A program made the position numbers and the translations under genes. From IMG/VR virus record IMGVR_UViG_3300023179_000082, positions 10,220-74,219 of that record: a DNA stretch of 64,000 nt; one strand, given 5' to 3'. Under the pieces are notes generated by a model. It made no database searches, had not been told where the DNA came from, and saw only the letters and a list, made by a program, of their open reading frames with translations. The DNA is from a virus. Shown here in pieces: positions 11,354 through 22,294 of this stretch (positions are counted from its first letter, which is position 1; every line of letters begins with the position of its first letter).

Positions 11354-14300
11354 TTATTGTTGTAACACTGTTGGAGTGAGGCTAGCCACGATAACTATAT
11401 CGTTTGCAGTAGCACCATTAACAAAAATTTCATAAGGTGCACAGCGAACTTCGTATAAATCACCAAATTTTTGGTTTGGATCTTGTGGTACGACAACAAC
11501 AGAGTTAATTAAATCACCTAATTCAACATGCAAATAAGCTGTTAATTCACTAAAATAGAAAGTATCACCAAAATTCCATTTATCCAAACTAAAATAGCTG
11601 TTTAGGGCAGTTAATGTAGCACTGCGTATTTGACTATCGCTAGCTGTTGTAAAAGGACTTTTGATTATTTTAATCGTACCACGTAATGCAGGACTTGCTT
11701 TTTGTCCAAATAATGGTTTAAATTGTACACTATTGAGCACTACACTATCACTTAACATTTTGTAATTATCAACATCACCATAAGCTTGAGTTAGTTGATT
11801 GATTGTAGGCACAGGTGGTTCTACCAATACATCAGTTGTATCGTTTAACCAATTAGTATATTCTGTATAATATTGTTGCGTGACCAAATATAAATCAATA
11901 ATATTGGTTGTTGCAGGATCAACACGTGTAGTATTATTACTATTATGTCGATATTGGAAAATAATAGCACCACGTCCTGTTTCCACACTGTATTCATTAG
12001 TTACATCACTTAACGATACAGTATTAGTTACATTGTTAAGCACTGTATCATACCAACCTGCTACTGTTTTAATCGTACCATTAGTAGCAGTTGTACCTGT
12101 TAATGGTGTAGTCAAGCTTGGATCAGTATATAAAGCAAACGTTGTTGATGTATATCCCGTAGTTTTTACATAACGTACACCGTTGTTCGCACCTGCTCCC
12201 GTAATAACCACACGTTGTCCATCAGCAAACGAATGAACCGCAGTGGTAACAACTGCAGGAGTTGCATTAGTAATACTTACTATAGTATAGGATACAGGAT
12301 CATAGTCAGTATAGAAAGTTGTTCCTGCAGGATACAAGTAACGATTGGCAAATACGTCTGCGTAAGTTTCTTGTGCAATCACGATGGCACCGTTGGGTAC
12401 AATTTCTTGACGATATAAACCTAACGCATCGGTAATTGTACGGAAAAATACATACGGATATGGACTTGTTGTTGTATCAGTAATTAATTCAAAGAAATCA
12501 GGATCAATAGGATAGCCTGTATCTGAATCTACACTTGTAATTTCTACAGCGTAATCATCAGTATAACCATCAGTTTGTACAGGTTGCGCTATAATATCCA
12601 AATAATAATCTGTTCCCAATGGTTGAGCAGATTGTAAATTAGAATTAGTGCCTTGAATATTAACAAAATCAGCTATTGTTCTACCACTTTTGTTATCAAA
12701 TACTTTTTCAAATGAATCAAAAAAGAACCTAACTTGCTCTACACTACCAAAATAATACTGTAATGTACGATAACGCACAATGTATACATTATCTGTACTA
12801 TTAAAAGTAAAGCTCATAAAGTAACTTGTTGGTACTACTGAACTTGTTGGTATAGGTTGTATAACTTCCCAACGTTCTAAATTAGAAGTAATACTATTAT
12901 CAAAACTTAAAGCAAAATCTTGATGCAATTGTATTAAATTTAAACATTGACGTATAATAGTGTTACTTAATGAAGTATCAATCGATGGAATAATGCCTGT
13001 TGCTGTGGTTGTTACTGTACCACCACTAGAATAAGCAGTGTAAATGGCTGTATTAACAGGATTTTCTAAAGCAGGATCATTATATAGACCAAATGTTGTT
13101 GCACCATATCCTGATGCTTTGGCATAGTATGTCTTACCATTAATTTCAGTCATACCTACTACACCCGTAATTACTACTTCTTGTCCATCAATTAAATAAT
13201 GTGAGCTGCTAAGGGTAACGACCCCTGGGGTGGCTTGGGTTAATCCCGTTACAGTATAAGTTTCATTCATTGTTTTATCAATGATAGCAGTTTGTGGAAC
13301 ATATTCACTAAGGGTAATCGGTCCGCTACCTGTATCTAAATTACCCACACCATAATTACTACCATCACCAATAACTTCTTCTACCCCAACCCAAATATAT
13401 GTTTTATCACCTATAGTATAGTTTGGTGTGCGTGTAACAATACGATTATTCTTATCAAAGCATTGTGTATCAGGATCAGGGCACACAAACTTAATCAAGG
13501 TACCTTGAGCAATATATTTTAAATCATAACCGTTAAGTGGACCAACTGTTTGAGGATAATCAGCAGTAGTGCTAATATAGAAATATCCTGTTACATTGTC
13601 ACTATTTACTGTGGACAAGTTCCAATATACTTGATAATCACCTGTTACACCTGCAGGAGTGTAATATCCACTATAGCGTGGATAATATTCTAGATAATAT
13701 TGTTGACATTGTGCGCTACTTATAATTTGTTTAAAGTTTTGTGTTAAAAATTCTGTAGCAAAATTAATATTACTTAAACTAAATGTTGTAGCAGATGTTG
13801 GCGCACCTGTTGTTGTATCATCGCCATTTGCTATCCATAATGCACCATCATTAGCAAATACGTTAGTACTACTATATTTTCCTGTTGGGTCAAGCAAGTC
13901 TAAACCACGTGTTACACCAATACTACTGCGATTCAGTGCTTTAGACTTGATAATACTATTATATAAAGTATATGGAAAATTAGTATAATCTTCGCCATTA
14001 ACCATACGATTTTGCGTATAGTATCTTGCAGGAGCACGTTCTTTAATGCTGACTAAACTTTCACGTGTTAATGCTGTGTTAATTGGGTTTTGTAAGCTTA
14101 ATGTAAGGGTTAATGTTTCAACACGGTTAGTACGACTTAGGTACCCAATATTTACTGTAATACCTTGTATTTCATTAGGATCAATGGTATACTTCAACGC
14201 ATTACCACTACGAACATATGCTCTAAATGCACCTACGGGAATTTCAGCGAAAACACCATCACCAAATACGTACGTAACTTGGTCATTAGCACGTGAGGTC

Positions 14301-15289
14301 ACACTGAAAATAGTTCGTAAACTATTTTCAAGCTGTAGTTGAGAATTAGCATAAATGCTTTCTACTTGAGTCCAAATTTGGTCAGTATTGCCTTGTGAGT
14401 CTAATTTAAATAACCATGTATCTGTATTGTTGATACCTTCAATATTAATAAATTGTATATTATTTTCTACTGCATCAGGAAAGTTAAAATCTACATTTTG
14501 CAATACACCTTGTTTAAAATAAACAAACCATCCTGTGTTAGAACTGCCATATCCTAAGCGATCATTTTGATATAATATATTAAATGTACCACTTGGTGCG
14601 GGTGGTATTTCGTATAGATAATCACGATTTAAACTAGTTACACTGACCACTTCGAAGTTCATATCTACACCATCTACTTGTGCAACAAATGGAACAATAG
14701 GCAAATACCCCCCAGGTATACTTAACGTATACTCGTCTGTTTTTGTACCAAGTAGGGTAGCGGAGTTACCCGGTTTGCCTACGTATTGACTACTAATCAG
14801 TGCGCTATTAATAATTGAAGTAAATTGTGTTTGCCAATATGGGTTAGCAGGATCATTCCACTGTATAGGTTGATTGGCTAATGGTGTGCCATTAATATCA
14901 CGTATATCTTCAGTAGTTTGTATGGCAGTAACTTTTAGTGTGCCTTGTGCTGTTACATTACGTTTTGGTGTATAACTAACAAGATTGGCAAGTTTAATAA
15001 CACTGTCACGTCTTTCTGCGGTATCAATAAAATTTTCACGTGCATTAAGGTCACTACGAAAAGCAAGTGCCTGACCCATATATGCCATCACATCTAGCAG
15101 TGCGATAAATTCACTACTTTCTATATAATCATTAAAAGTTTCAGGATAGTAGGTGGTAAGATAATCAATAAAAGTTTTACGTAAGGTTTCGTAATCGTAG
15201 CTAACAAAATCAGCTTCACGATAAGTTTGATATATTTTTTTCCAATCTTGTACACCAAAAAGCGCACTTTGTCTGCTACTAGATGCCAT
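11354..15289 (-). CDS. gp6: Baseplate wedge subunit (T4 gp6-like) with two inserted E1_FCCH-like beta domains
   Basis: N-terminal DFVSYDYETLRKTFIDYL...SSEFIALLDVMAY...ENFIDTAERRDSVIKLANLVSYTP, FGDGVFAEIP and ESLVSIKERAPARYYTQNRMVNGEDY are gp6/baseplate-J type motifs. It is adjacent to the gp25-like gene and has SD AAGGA upstream. Confidence 0.85.
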   Translation of the reverse strand: MASSSRQSALFGVQDWKKIYQTYREADFVSYDYETLRKTFIDYLTTYYPETFNDYIESSEFIALLDVMAYMGQALAFRSDLNARENFIDTAERRDSVIKLANLVSYTPKRNVTAQGTLKVTAIQTTEDIRDINGTPLANQPIQWNDPANPYWQTQFTSIINSALISSQYVGKPGNSATLLGTKTDEYTLSIPGGYLPIVPFVAQVDGVDMNFEVVSVTSLNRDYLYEIPPAPSGTFNILYQNDRLGYGSSNTGWFVYFKQGVLQNVDFNFPDAVENNIQFINIEGINNTDTWLFKLDSQGNTDQIWTQVESIYANSQLQLENSLRTIFSVTSRANDQVTYVFGDGVFAEIPVGAFRAYVRSGNALKYTIDPNEIQGITVNIGYLSRTNRVETLTLTLSLQNPINTALTRESLVSIKERAPARYYTQNRMVNGEDYTNFPYTLYNSIIKSKALNRSSIGVTRGLDLLDPTGKYSSTNVFANDGALWIANGDDTTTGAPTSATTFSLSNINFATEFLTQNFKQIISSAQCQQYYLEYYPRYSGYYTPAGVTGDYQVYWNLSTVNSDNVTGYFYISTTADYPQTVGPLNGYDLKYIAQGTLIKFVCPDPDTQCFDKNNRIVTRTPNYTIGDKTYIWVGVEEVIGDGSNYGVGNLDTGSGPITLSEYVPQTAIIDKTMNETYTVTGLTQATPGVVTLSSSHYLIDGQEVVITGVVGMTEINGKTYYAKASGYGATTFGLYNDPALENPVNTAIYTAYSSGGTVTTTATGIIPSIDTSLSNTIIRQCLNLIQLHQDFALSFDNSITSNLERWEVIQPIPTSSVVPTSYFMSFTFNSTDNVYIVRYRTLQYYFGSVEQVRFFFDSFEKVFDNKSGRTIADFVNIQGTNSNLQSAQPLGTDYYLDIIAQPVQTDGYTDDYAVEITSVDSDTGYPIDPDFFELITDTTTSPYPYVFFRTITDALGLYRQEIVPNGAIVIAQETYADVFANRYLYPAGTTFYTDYDPVSYTIVSITNATPAVVTTAVHSFADGQRVVITGAGANNGVRYVKTTGYTSTTFALYTDPSLTTPLTGTTATNGTIKTVAGWYDTVLNNVTNTVSLSDVTNEYSVETGRGAIIFQYRHNSNNTTRVDPATTNIIDLYLVTQQYYTEYTNWLNDTTDVLVEPPVPTINQLTQAYGDVDNYKMLSDSVVLNSVQFKPLFGQKASPALRGTIKIIKSPFTTASDSQIRSATLTALNSYFSLDKWNFGDTFYFSELTAYLHVELGDLINSVVVVPQDPNQKFGDLYEVRCAPYEIFVNGATANDIVIVASLTPTVLQQ

Positions 15290-15307
15290 ATGTTGTCCTT
15301 ATATTGA

Positions 15308-15315
15308 TATTTATA
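15308..15315 (-). promoter_or_regulatory. T4-type late promoter TATAAATA (gp6-like gene)
   Basis: Exact consensus overlapping the gp25 stop, upstream of the SD and ATG 15289. Confidence 0.6.
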
Positions 15316-15757
15316 CCGTTGTAGCGACCCCTGAATTCCTATCTAAAAGAATTCCCAAATCTAGTGGTGTATTAAATGGTGTAAAAGCAAGTTCTAGCTC
15401 AATCAATACACCATTTTCTTGATTATTCACATAAACAGAATTTAAAATAATTCTTGGATCAGAATTAACAATTCTACGCACTTCATTTTCAATTTGACCT
15501 AATACGGTTAAATTGTTAGGTTCAAAAACAAAATTCCATAACACTGAACCATAAGCAGGTTGACCAACCTTATCACCTTGTTTAATATTAAAAGCATTAA
15601 GTAAGTCACGAACAACTAAATTTTGATCAGTTAACGTAAATTTTTTAGTAATTGGTACAGGTTTAGAAATACCTGCAACGCCACCGTCTTTGCCTGGTTC
15701 GGTGAGGCGTGTAAGTTGTCCAACCTCTTGTGTTGAAAATCCGTAGTATGTAGCCAT
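15311..15757 (-). CDS. gp25: Baseplate wedge / sheath-initiator protein (gp25/GPW family)
   Basis: LVVRDLLNAFNIKQGDKVGQPAYGSVLWNFVFEP...EVRRIVNSDPRI matches the gp25 pattern. Size is 148 aa and it lies between gp5- and gp6-like genes. Confidence 0.85.
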   Translation of the reverse strand: MATYYGFSTQEVGQLTRLTEPGKDGGVAGISKPVPITKKFTLTDQNLVVRDLLNAFNIKQGDKVGQPAYGSVLWNFVFEPNNLTVLGQIENEVRRIVNSDPRIILNSVYVNNQENGVLIELELAFTPFNTPLDLGILLDRNSGVATTV

Positions 15758-15764
15758 AATATAT

Positions 15765-15772
15765 TATTTATA
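15765..15772 (-). promoter_or_regulatory. T4-type late promoter TATAAATA (gp25-like gene)
   Basis: Exact consensus 7 nt before ATG 15757. Confidence 0.65.
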
Positions 15773-15779
15773 ACCTATT

Positions 15780-18700
15780 TTACACAACATTTTGATCACT
15801 TGTCTCACCTGCTTCACCTTTTAACAATGCTGCATATGCTGCTTCAGCCGCTTCTTGACTTTTAAGTCTTGAATCTGCCTTTTCTACCCACAGTTTCAAT
15901 AATCTTAAATAAGCGTCTTTATTAATTTTTCCTTCTTCATAATTCTGACTAATCTTTTGTCTATATAAAAGAAGTTCTTTAGTTTTTGCTGTTTCTTCTT
16001 GTACCTTTTGATATGCTTGCTCTAATGCTGATAATTGCTCATTTGGTTCTTCTTGTTTATTTTCTTCGGGTGTGAATACAGGAGCAGGTATACTTGAATC
16101 ACCTACTAAACTACCTGCTTTTGCAACAATAGCATTATTATTAAACGTACCTGTGGCAATTGTTGGTATTTTAAAAGCACCTGCACTTGTTCCCAATGCT
16201 CCTAATCCTGCGTTAAGTTTTCCTGTTATACCACCTACTGACTTTGTTAAATCACCTTTTACAACATCTAAGCTAATATTAGGAGCAGAAAGTGCGTTTG
16301 GTAATGACGCTAAACCACCTGCTGCTTTTGTCAACGAACCACTTACCGCACCTGATAATGAATTAACTAACCCCGCAGCAGGTGATGAACCTTGTAATAA
16401 TCCACTTAATGAACCTGCTGCACCACCTAACCCAAGTGTTGAACCAATTTGTGCAAGTGGGTTAGCGGTGGCGGTGCCTGGGATAGCGTTTTTCACTGTG
16501 TTTACCATAGCTCCGATGCCGCCTGGGAGGGCGTTAAGACCACTTGTTGCGCTTGTAGCTACTTCTCCTATACCACCTGTAATTTTATTTGCTAATCCTT
16601 GCATATTTTGTGCGTTAATTACACCACCTGCTGCACTTGGTAAACCTGTTGCTGCTCCTGCAACAATACCTTTGGCATCTTTTTCTAATTCTTGATTAGC
16701 TTGTTTTAATTTTTGTAATGCTGCATCCCATGCTGCTTTATTATCATCAGTTTTATCAGCAAAGTAAGTATTCGATGCTTCTTTAACTTCTTTTTCTAAC
16801 TGCGCAATATTGGCAAACTTTTTGACAACATCACTTTGTGGTAATACAGGATTTCCACCACCACCGACATTAGGTATATTTGCTTTGAAACTTGTAAATG
16901 ATGACTCAATACCACGGAATGCTTGTTCAGACAATGACACTAACTGCCCTGCTTTACCTTGAATTGAACCTAACAAACCGCTTACTGCACCACCTATCGC
17001 ACCTGCAGCTCCGCTTAAAGCACCTGCTGCGCCACCTAATGCACCTGTTGCTCCACTTAAAGCACCACCTAATGCACCTGCTACACCACCTAACGCACCT
17101 CCTAGTGCACCAACCGCACCACTAATTGCACTACCTGCAGCAGTTATTGCACCATTAATTGCTCCACCAATACTAGCAGCAACACCTGCGCCACCACTTG
17201 ATAATTTGTCAGCTAAACCACCTGCAAAGTTTCCACTTGCTAAATCATTACCAATTTTAGCAACAGCTTGTGCATTACCACCTAATGCTTGGGTTACAGT
17301 GCTTATACCTTGATTTGCAACAGCCATTGCCATACCTGCCATTTGTGTTGGTGCAAGGTTTGGTGTCAATGCACCCGTTGATTGTAATTGTTGTACACCT
17401 TGATTAACATTTTGTACAAATGCACTAGCTTGCGCTCCAACATTGTTTAATAATTGCTGTGGCGTGGAAGCACCTAATACACCTGTTAATAAATTAGAAC
17501 TGATTGCTTTATCAGGTGGTAATCCTGCTTGTAACGCTCTGTTAACGATAACGTCAGCGCCTGGCTTCATGAGACCTGCGTTCATCATTTGTGTTACGGT
17601 AGATACACCTGCACCAACCACGCCTTGTGCTGTGGCTGCAGCAGTACTTAAACCTGCATTGTTTACTGCATTTTGTGATACCATAGCCAATGTAGTAGGT
17701 GTTGGCAAAGCATTCTTAGATGGTATAGGCACATTAGCATTAGCTGCTGTTACTGATGTTGATACAGGAGTGGTAGGGGCACTAGGCGCAGAATCTAACA
17801 CTGCTTGTGTGGCAGCAGGTGGTTGTGGTGGTGCTAATGGTGCAACTAAATTAGCCTGTACAGGTACCCCACCTGTTGAACCATTGGTCTCTGCCATAGG
17901 ATAGTGTGTTGGAGCACGTGTTACAATACTTTGTAATTTTAGTGGTGAACTAAACCAACCTTTTTCTTGTGAATAAGTTGTATCATTATGATTTTTAGGT
18001 TCATTTTTTGGCACTTCTTCAGGTATAGTTCCTGTAGCACCTGTGTTTAAGTTTATTTTTGGTCCACCATTAATAAAGGTAGTTGCCTTACTTGCAAAAC
18101 TTGCATCACCGCCACTTTGCAAACTCATTGCTCCACCAACAAATGTAGTATGTTTACCACCTGCACTAACCGCATGATCAGTGCCTACACGTTGAGTAAA
18201 TGTTGTATCACTTTCTATACCAATGCTTTCTGCTTTGATTCGTAATTCTTTTTTTGCATTGATATTAATATTTTGATCAGCATGAAAGTTAATATCTCCC
18301 AATGTTCTAACATTAAAACTATTAGTAGAAAATAAATCAATAGCACCTTCACTGTTTAATTCAATCCAACTTTGCCCATTACTATGAATGATAAACAATG
18401 TTTGTCCATCATCACTCATTGTAATTTGATGACCTGCTGCACTACGTAACCTGATTTGCTGATTCTTTCCGTCAATAGTACCATCATCCATGACAAGTGA
18501 ATGACCACCTGTACGACCTATAACTTTAAATTTTTTAGGATTTTTTTCGTTTTGAATAGCTTGTTTGATTGTTCTATTATTAAAACCACCTTCGTAGATT
18601 TCGCCGCCTGGGGTGCTGATGCCAAACACTCTACTTGGTGTTTCACGATATGAACTACTACTAATCACACCACGTGTTGTATCACGTATTAAACCTTGTT

Positions 18701-19289
18701 GCGCCAAAATAGCTGCTTGATAACTATGTACAGGACGTGGTTGATCGTAAAAAGTAGAACTATTATTGACACCATCGTTATTAGTATTGATTTCACTTGT
18801 TGGTAATGCATCTGCTGCACCATAGGCATTAGCCTCTGTAGCATTTGGTATAAACCTCTTGTTCCCAGGCGCCACCGCAGGAACCATATTATGTGATTCT
18901 ATTTTTGGTATACATCCTATATAATAACCTTGATTAATAGAACCATTAACAAATACACAAATTACTTCAGTGCCAATATCAGGTGGTGTAGCCCAAAAAC
19001 CATAACTTTGTGGATTATTTTTAAAATCACCATAAGAATCACCTGCACTGCTACTATCTAATACACCATAAAATGGACTCATATAACGTACAGGAATCCA
19101 ATATGCATTATCTTCGGGGTTATTACTTTGTTGTAATCCTGCTATCCATACTTGAATAATACCACTATGACATGCATCAATGGTTGATTTAACAATGCCA
19201 ATACGTGGTTCTGTAATTAAAAACGCATTACCACGATCAGTTTTAAGTTGGTCAGGTACTCCTGTTGATTTTTGTATATTGTTTGCCAT
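15780..19289 (-). CDS. gp5: Baseplate hub / central spike protein (gp5/VgrG-like OB-fold plus beta-helix) with long Gly/Ala-rich C-terminal extension
   Basis: YGFWATPPDIGTEVICVFVNGSINQGYYIG (OB-fold motif), RTGGHSLVMDDG and RSAAGHQITMSDD followed by beta-helix-like repeats. No lysozyme domain was recognised. Confidence 0.75.
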   Translation of the reverse strand: MANNIQKSTGVPDQLKTDRGNAFLITEPRIGIVKSTIDACHSGIIQVWIAGLQQSNNPEDNAYWIPVRYMSPFYGVLDSSSAGDSYGDFKNNPQSYGFWATPPDIGTEVICVFVNGSINQGYYIGCIPKIESHNMVPAVAPGNKRFIPNATEANAYGAADALPTSEINTNNDGVNNSSTFYDQPRPVHSYQAAILAQQGLIRDTTRGVISSSSYRETPSRVFGISTPGGEIYEGGFNNRTIKQAIQNEKNPKKFKVIGRTGGHSLVMDDGTIDGKNQQIRLRSAAGHQITMSDDGQTLFIIHSNGQSWIELNSEGAIDLFSTNSFNVRTLGDINFHADQNININAKKELRIKAESIGIESDTTFTQRVGTDHAVSAGGKHTTFVGGAMSLQSGGDASFASKATTFINGGPKINLNTGATGTIPEEVPKNEPKNHNDTTYSQEKGWFSSPLKLQSIVTRAPTHYPMAETNGSTGGVPVQANLVAPLAPPQPPAATQAVLDSAPSAPTTPVSTSVTAANANVPIPSKNALPTPTTLAMVSQNAVNNAGLSTAAATAQGVVGAGVSTVTQMMNAGLMKPGADVIVNRALQAGLPPDKAISSNLLTGVLGASTPQQLLNNVGAQASAFVQNVNQGVQQLQSTGALTPNLAPTQMAGMAMAVANQGISTVTQALGGNAQAVAKIGNDLASGNFAGGLADKLSSGGAGVAASIGGAINGAITAAGSAISGAVGALGGALGGVAGALGGALSGATGALGGAAGALSGAAGAIGGAVSGLLGSIQGKAGQLVSLSEQAFRGIESSFTSFKANIPNVGGGGNPVLPQSDVVKKFANIAQLEKEVKEASNTYFADKTDDNKAAWDAALQKLKQANQELEKDAKGIVAGAATGLPSAAGGVINAQNMQGLANKITGGIGEVATSATSGLNALPGGIGAMVNTVKNAIPGTATANPLAQIGSTLGLGGAAGSLSGLLQGSSPAAGLVNSLSGAVSGSLTKAAGGLASLPNALSAPNISLDVVKGDLTKSVGGITGKLNAGLGALGTSAGAFKIPTIATGTFNNNAIVAKAGSLVGDSSIPAPVFTPEENKQEEPNEQLSALEQAYQKVQEETAKTKELLLYRQKISQNYEEGKINKDAYLRLLKLWVEKADSRLKSQEAAEAAYAALLKGEAGETSDQNVV

Positions 19290-19298
19290 AACTTACCT

Positions 19299-21995
19299 CT
19301 AAATTGGTGGAGGTTCCTCTCGTGTACTATCAGGTGGTGGAATTCTTGCTAGTAGTCTTGCATTTTCATTTCTATTATCATTATCATCGTTATTAGTTTG
19401 ATTAATTATAGCAGGTGTATGTTCAGTAGAATCATCATATGGTGGTTGACTGCCACCTTGTGGTGCAACGGTTAAATCACCTGCACGATTGTTTTGATTA
19501 TTTTGCTGAGCAACAGTTGCAGTTTCACGTGGATTTTCTCCACTTTTTTGTCCACCACTTTGTTTTCTTCGGTTGAAGAAGGCACCTGGGTCGATAAGGA
19601 CTCCTGCTAATTCCTGTGTAAAACGTCCACGTGAAAATGAACTAGTCACTGTGGTTAACATATATATAAGTGATTTATTTTCTGCTGCTTCTTCACTGAA
19701 TAATTTTGGGCTATAAAAGCTTACACTTTGATTAATACCTAGTAAACCATTTTCTTCTTTGTAATTAATAACTCTAGTATTTGGGTCAATTGTTGCATTA
19801 TAATCTACAGGTTCTTTAAATGTAATTTCAATAAACACTTCACCACCATTAGGATTAATGGTAAAACCATCATACCCATATATACTAAAAGCTTTATAAA
19901 AATTAGTATTCAGTGTATTCATTCCTACACTTTGTGTAAGATAATCAGGGTCACCTAAAATAGTTGCCTTAAATTGTGCTTGATCTTTTGGACTGTACAA
20001 GAAATTTTGTACTTGAGAGGCTTGTGTACCTGCAATACCTCCACCGCTGCTATCAATCGCTTGTGGCGGTCCACCCACCGCAGCTATAGGTGCATTACCA
20101 TTACCATCAGATACAGTTTTATTATCACCTGAAATTTGAGCAAATAACAAATAATATAATCCATTATAAGTTTGTTCGTAGTTAATAATTTCACTATTTT
20201 GCCCTGTGAACCAATATTCATAACGCTTATGCGGACCAGGATACTCCGCACGTGACCCTACATAAGGTGAACGCAAGTATGGTATTTTATATTGGTGGAC
20301 TTGATACGTTAGTTTATATGCCCAATCTTTACGTTGTTCATCCCAACCATATGGTTCAACAAGTGGATTGATATGATACCAATTTAATTCTTTAGAAGCA
20401 GGTTTAGGATCAGTCTCACCCTCAGGTTCAGCAGGATTATTAACTTGATTCAATGCTGCTAAAACATATTCACTTTGTGCAATAATTTTATCAATAGCTG
20501 ATAATATTGGTTGTGGTGTAATAGGTATATTAGTTTCCGTTGATAATGCTACCGCTTTTGCTGCTTGCTGTGGATTGTTTTGTACGGTGCTTGTTACAGG
20601 TGATGTAACAGTATTGGATTTGTCTTGTTTAGCATTATTTAATTTTGACGTAGGTATGATACTATCTTGTTCAAACTTAATTTCATACTTGTCAGCTAGT
20701 TTATACAAATTACTTTTTACTGTATCTTCTTGTATTTTATTTAATTGTGCAATTAATCCATCATTACCTGTTAGTGCTGCTTGTACATTACCACCTTTAC
20801 ATGTAATTTGAGTTGATACTAAACCACGTTTTGTTCCATATGCTTCAGACATAGGCACAGGTGCTGCTTTAATATTGTATACAGTTGCTTTACCATCTAG
20901 CTTAAACTTGAATTCTGTAATTTTAATTAGGTAATAACGTTTAAAAACAGCATTTGGGTTACCACCCATAGTATCTTTTGATGAAAACTTAGTTGCATCA
21001 ATTAATGTTCCATTTTCATCATATCCATAAAACCTAATGGCTAAAACAAAATGTTGGTCAAGAGGTAATGGTGTTTTCTTTGGGTCACGATTGTTTAAAA
21101 TTTTACTATTCTTGTATAGAGTATTTGCTGCCATGACTAATTGTGTTGCCAAACCAAAGCTATTAGGTTCTATAATTTTAAACTCAAAGTTCATACCGCT
21201 TGCAGGACCGCCTGGGATGCGGAGGGCTGTCTTAAAAGATAAATCATCAATGTAGTAATCAAAATACATACCAGGTGGTCTATACTTTTGATCTCCAACC
21301 CCACCGCTTTGCGCTATAACATATGCTTGTGGTTGACCACCTGCACCTTGTGGCAAAAATGTATTAATATTTGTATAATTAGAATCGTTTAAACTTGAAA
21401 TAGCATCAGGGTTGACCATATACCAAGTAATTTGATAGGTATAACTTGACAATTGTGATAGTGGATTAAACACCCTGCGCCCAGGAATCGTATCATCATT
21501 TGGTTTTTGTGATTTTACAGTAACTGATTCTTTAATCGTTGGGGTATCAGGTGATATACCACCACGCATATCATCTGTTACTTCAGAAGCAGTTTCAGAG
21601 GCAGCAGCAGATTGACTAGTATCATTAGGTGTGTTATCATCTTTTGCGCCTGTATATGTTTCATTTTGTGATTCAGTTTCGTTTGCACTATTAGTTGATG
21701 CTGCAGGTAAAGGTTCTCCTTGAACAGGTTTAGGCTCTGCTGCAGGTGGTTTTTCTTCTTCAGGTTTTTTTTGTAATGCGGAAACAACCTCAGGTATATT
21801 AGCAGCAGTTGCTTCTAATTGATCTTGTACCGCTGATGCTGCAGGAACACCTTTAATACCACCTAAAAAAGAGCTTGGTGTAAATGAATCAATTGATCCA
21901 AGGTCAATACCTGAACCTCTTATTCCACCACCTTTGACAATTACTCTATTGCTAGGTGACAGAAAAAATGTAAAACCGTTTACTGTTATTTCCAT
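19299..21995 (-). CDS. Probable baseplate hub protein (gp27-like)
   Basis: It lies between the LysM-like and gp5-like genes. NPLSQLSSYTYQITWY, ATILGDP and TVTSSFSRGRFTQEL resemble hub proteins. The assignment rests mainly on synteny. Confidence 0.55.
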   Translation of the reverse strand: MEITVNGFTFFLSPSNRVIVKGGGIRGSGIDLGSIDSFTPSSFLGGIKGVPAASAVQDQLEATAANIPEVVSALQKKPEEEKPPAAEPKPVQGEPLPAASTNSANETESQNETYTGAKDDNTPNDTSQSAAASETASEVTDDMRGGISPDTPTIKESVTVKSQKPNDDTIPGRRVFNPLSQLSSYTYQITWYMVNPDAISSLNDSNYTNINTFLPQGAGGQPQAYVIAQSGGVGDQKYRPPGMYFDYYIDDLSFKTALRIPGGPASGMNFEFKIIEPNSFGLATQLVMAANTLYKNSKILNNRDPKKTPLPLDQHFVLAIRFYGYDENGTLIDATKFSSKDTMGGNPNAVFKRYYLIKITEFKFKLDGKATVYNIKAAPVPMSEAYGTKRGLVSTQITCKGGNVQAALTGNDGLIAQLNKIQEDTVKSNLYKLADKYEIKFEQDSIIPTSKLNNAKQDKSNTVTSPVTSTVQNNPQQAAKAVALSTETNIPITPQPILSAIDKIIAQSEYVLAALNQVNNPAEPEGETDPKPASKELNWYHINPLVEPYGWDEQRKDWAYKLTYQVHQYKIPYLRSPYVGSRAEYPGPHKRYEYWFTGQNSEIINYEQTYNGLYYLLFAQISGDNKTVSDGNGNAPIAAVGGPPQAIDSSGGGIAGTQASQVQNFLYSPKDQAQFKATILGDPDYLTQSVGMNTLNTNFYKAFSIYGYDGFTINPNGGEVFIEITFKEPVDYNATIDPNTRVINYKEENGLLGINQSVSFYSPKLFSEEAAENKSLIYMLTTVTSSFSRGRFTQELAGVLIDPGAFFNRRKQSGGQKSGENPRETATVAQQNNQNNRAGDLTVAPQGGSQPPYDDSTEHTPAIINQTNNDDNDNRNENARLLARIPPPDSTREEPPPI

Positions 21996-22294
21996 TATAG
22001 TCCTAACACTGCTTTTAATGTTTCTGCTTTAGGTAGATATATTCTAGTTCCTTGAACAAAATCAAAAAGCGGGTCTACTAAAGTATTTGGGTTACGTTGT
22101 GCAAATACCCACCATAATTTTGATTCATCATATAAATCATATGCTAGTAAATCAGGGCGCAAATGATAAGTTGGCGTAATTTGCCAATATACATCACCTG
22201 TATTAATAGGTATTGGACGATTAGTCATTACGTCCAAGTAAGCACTATTGACCACATTAGTCAAATAGTAAGGACTTGTTGATGGGTATTTCAT
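21995..22294 (-). CDS. Small baseplate wedge protein, LysM/gp53-like
   Basis: YHLRPDLLAYDLYDESKLWWVFAQRNPNTLVDPLFDFVQGTRIYLP is a LysM-like gp53/tail-X motif. Confidence 0.75.
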   Translation of the reverse strand: MKYPSTSPYYLTNVVNSAYLDVMTNRPIPINTGDVYWQITPTYHLRPDLLAYDLYDESKLWWVFAQRNPNTLVDPLFDFVQGTRIYLPKAETLKAVLGL

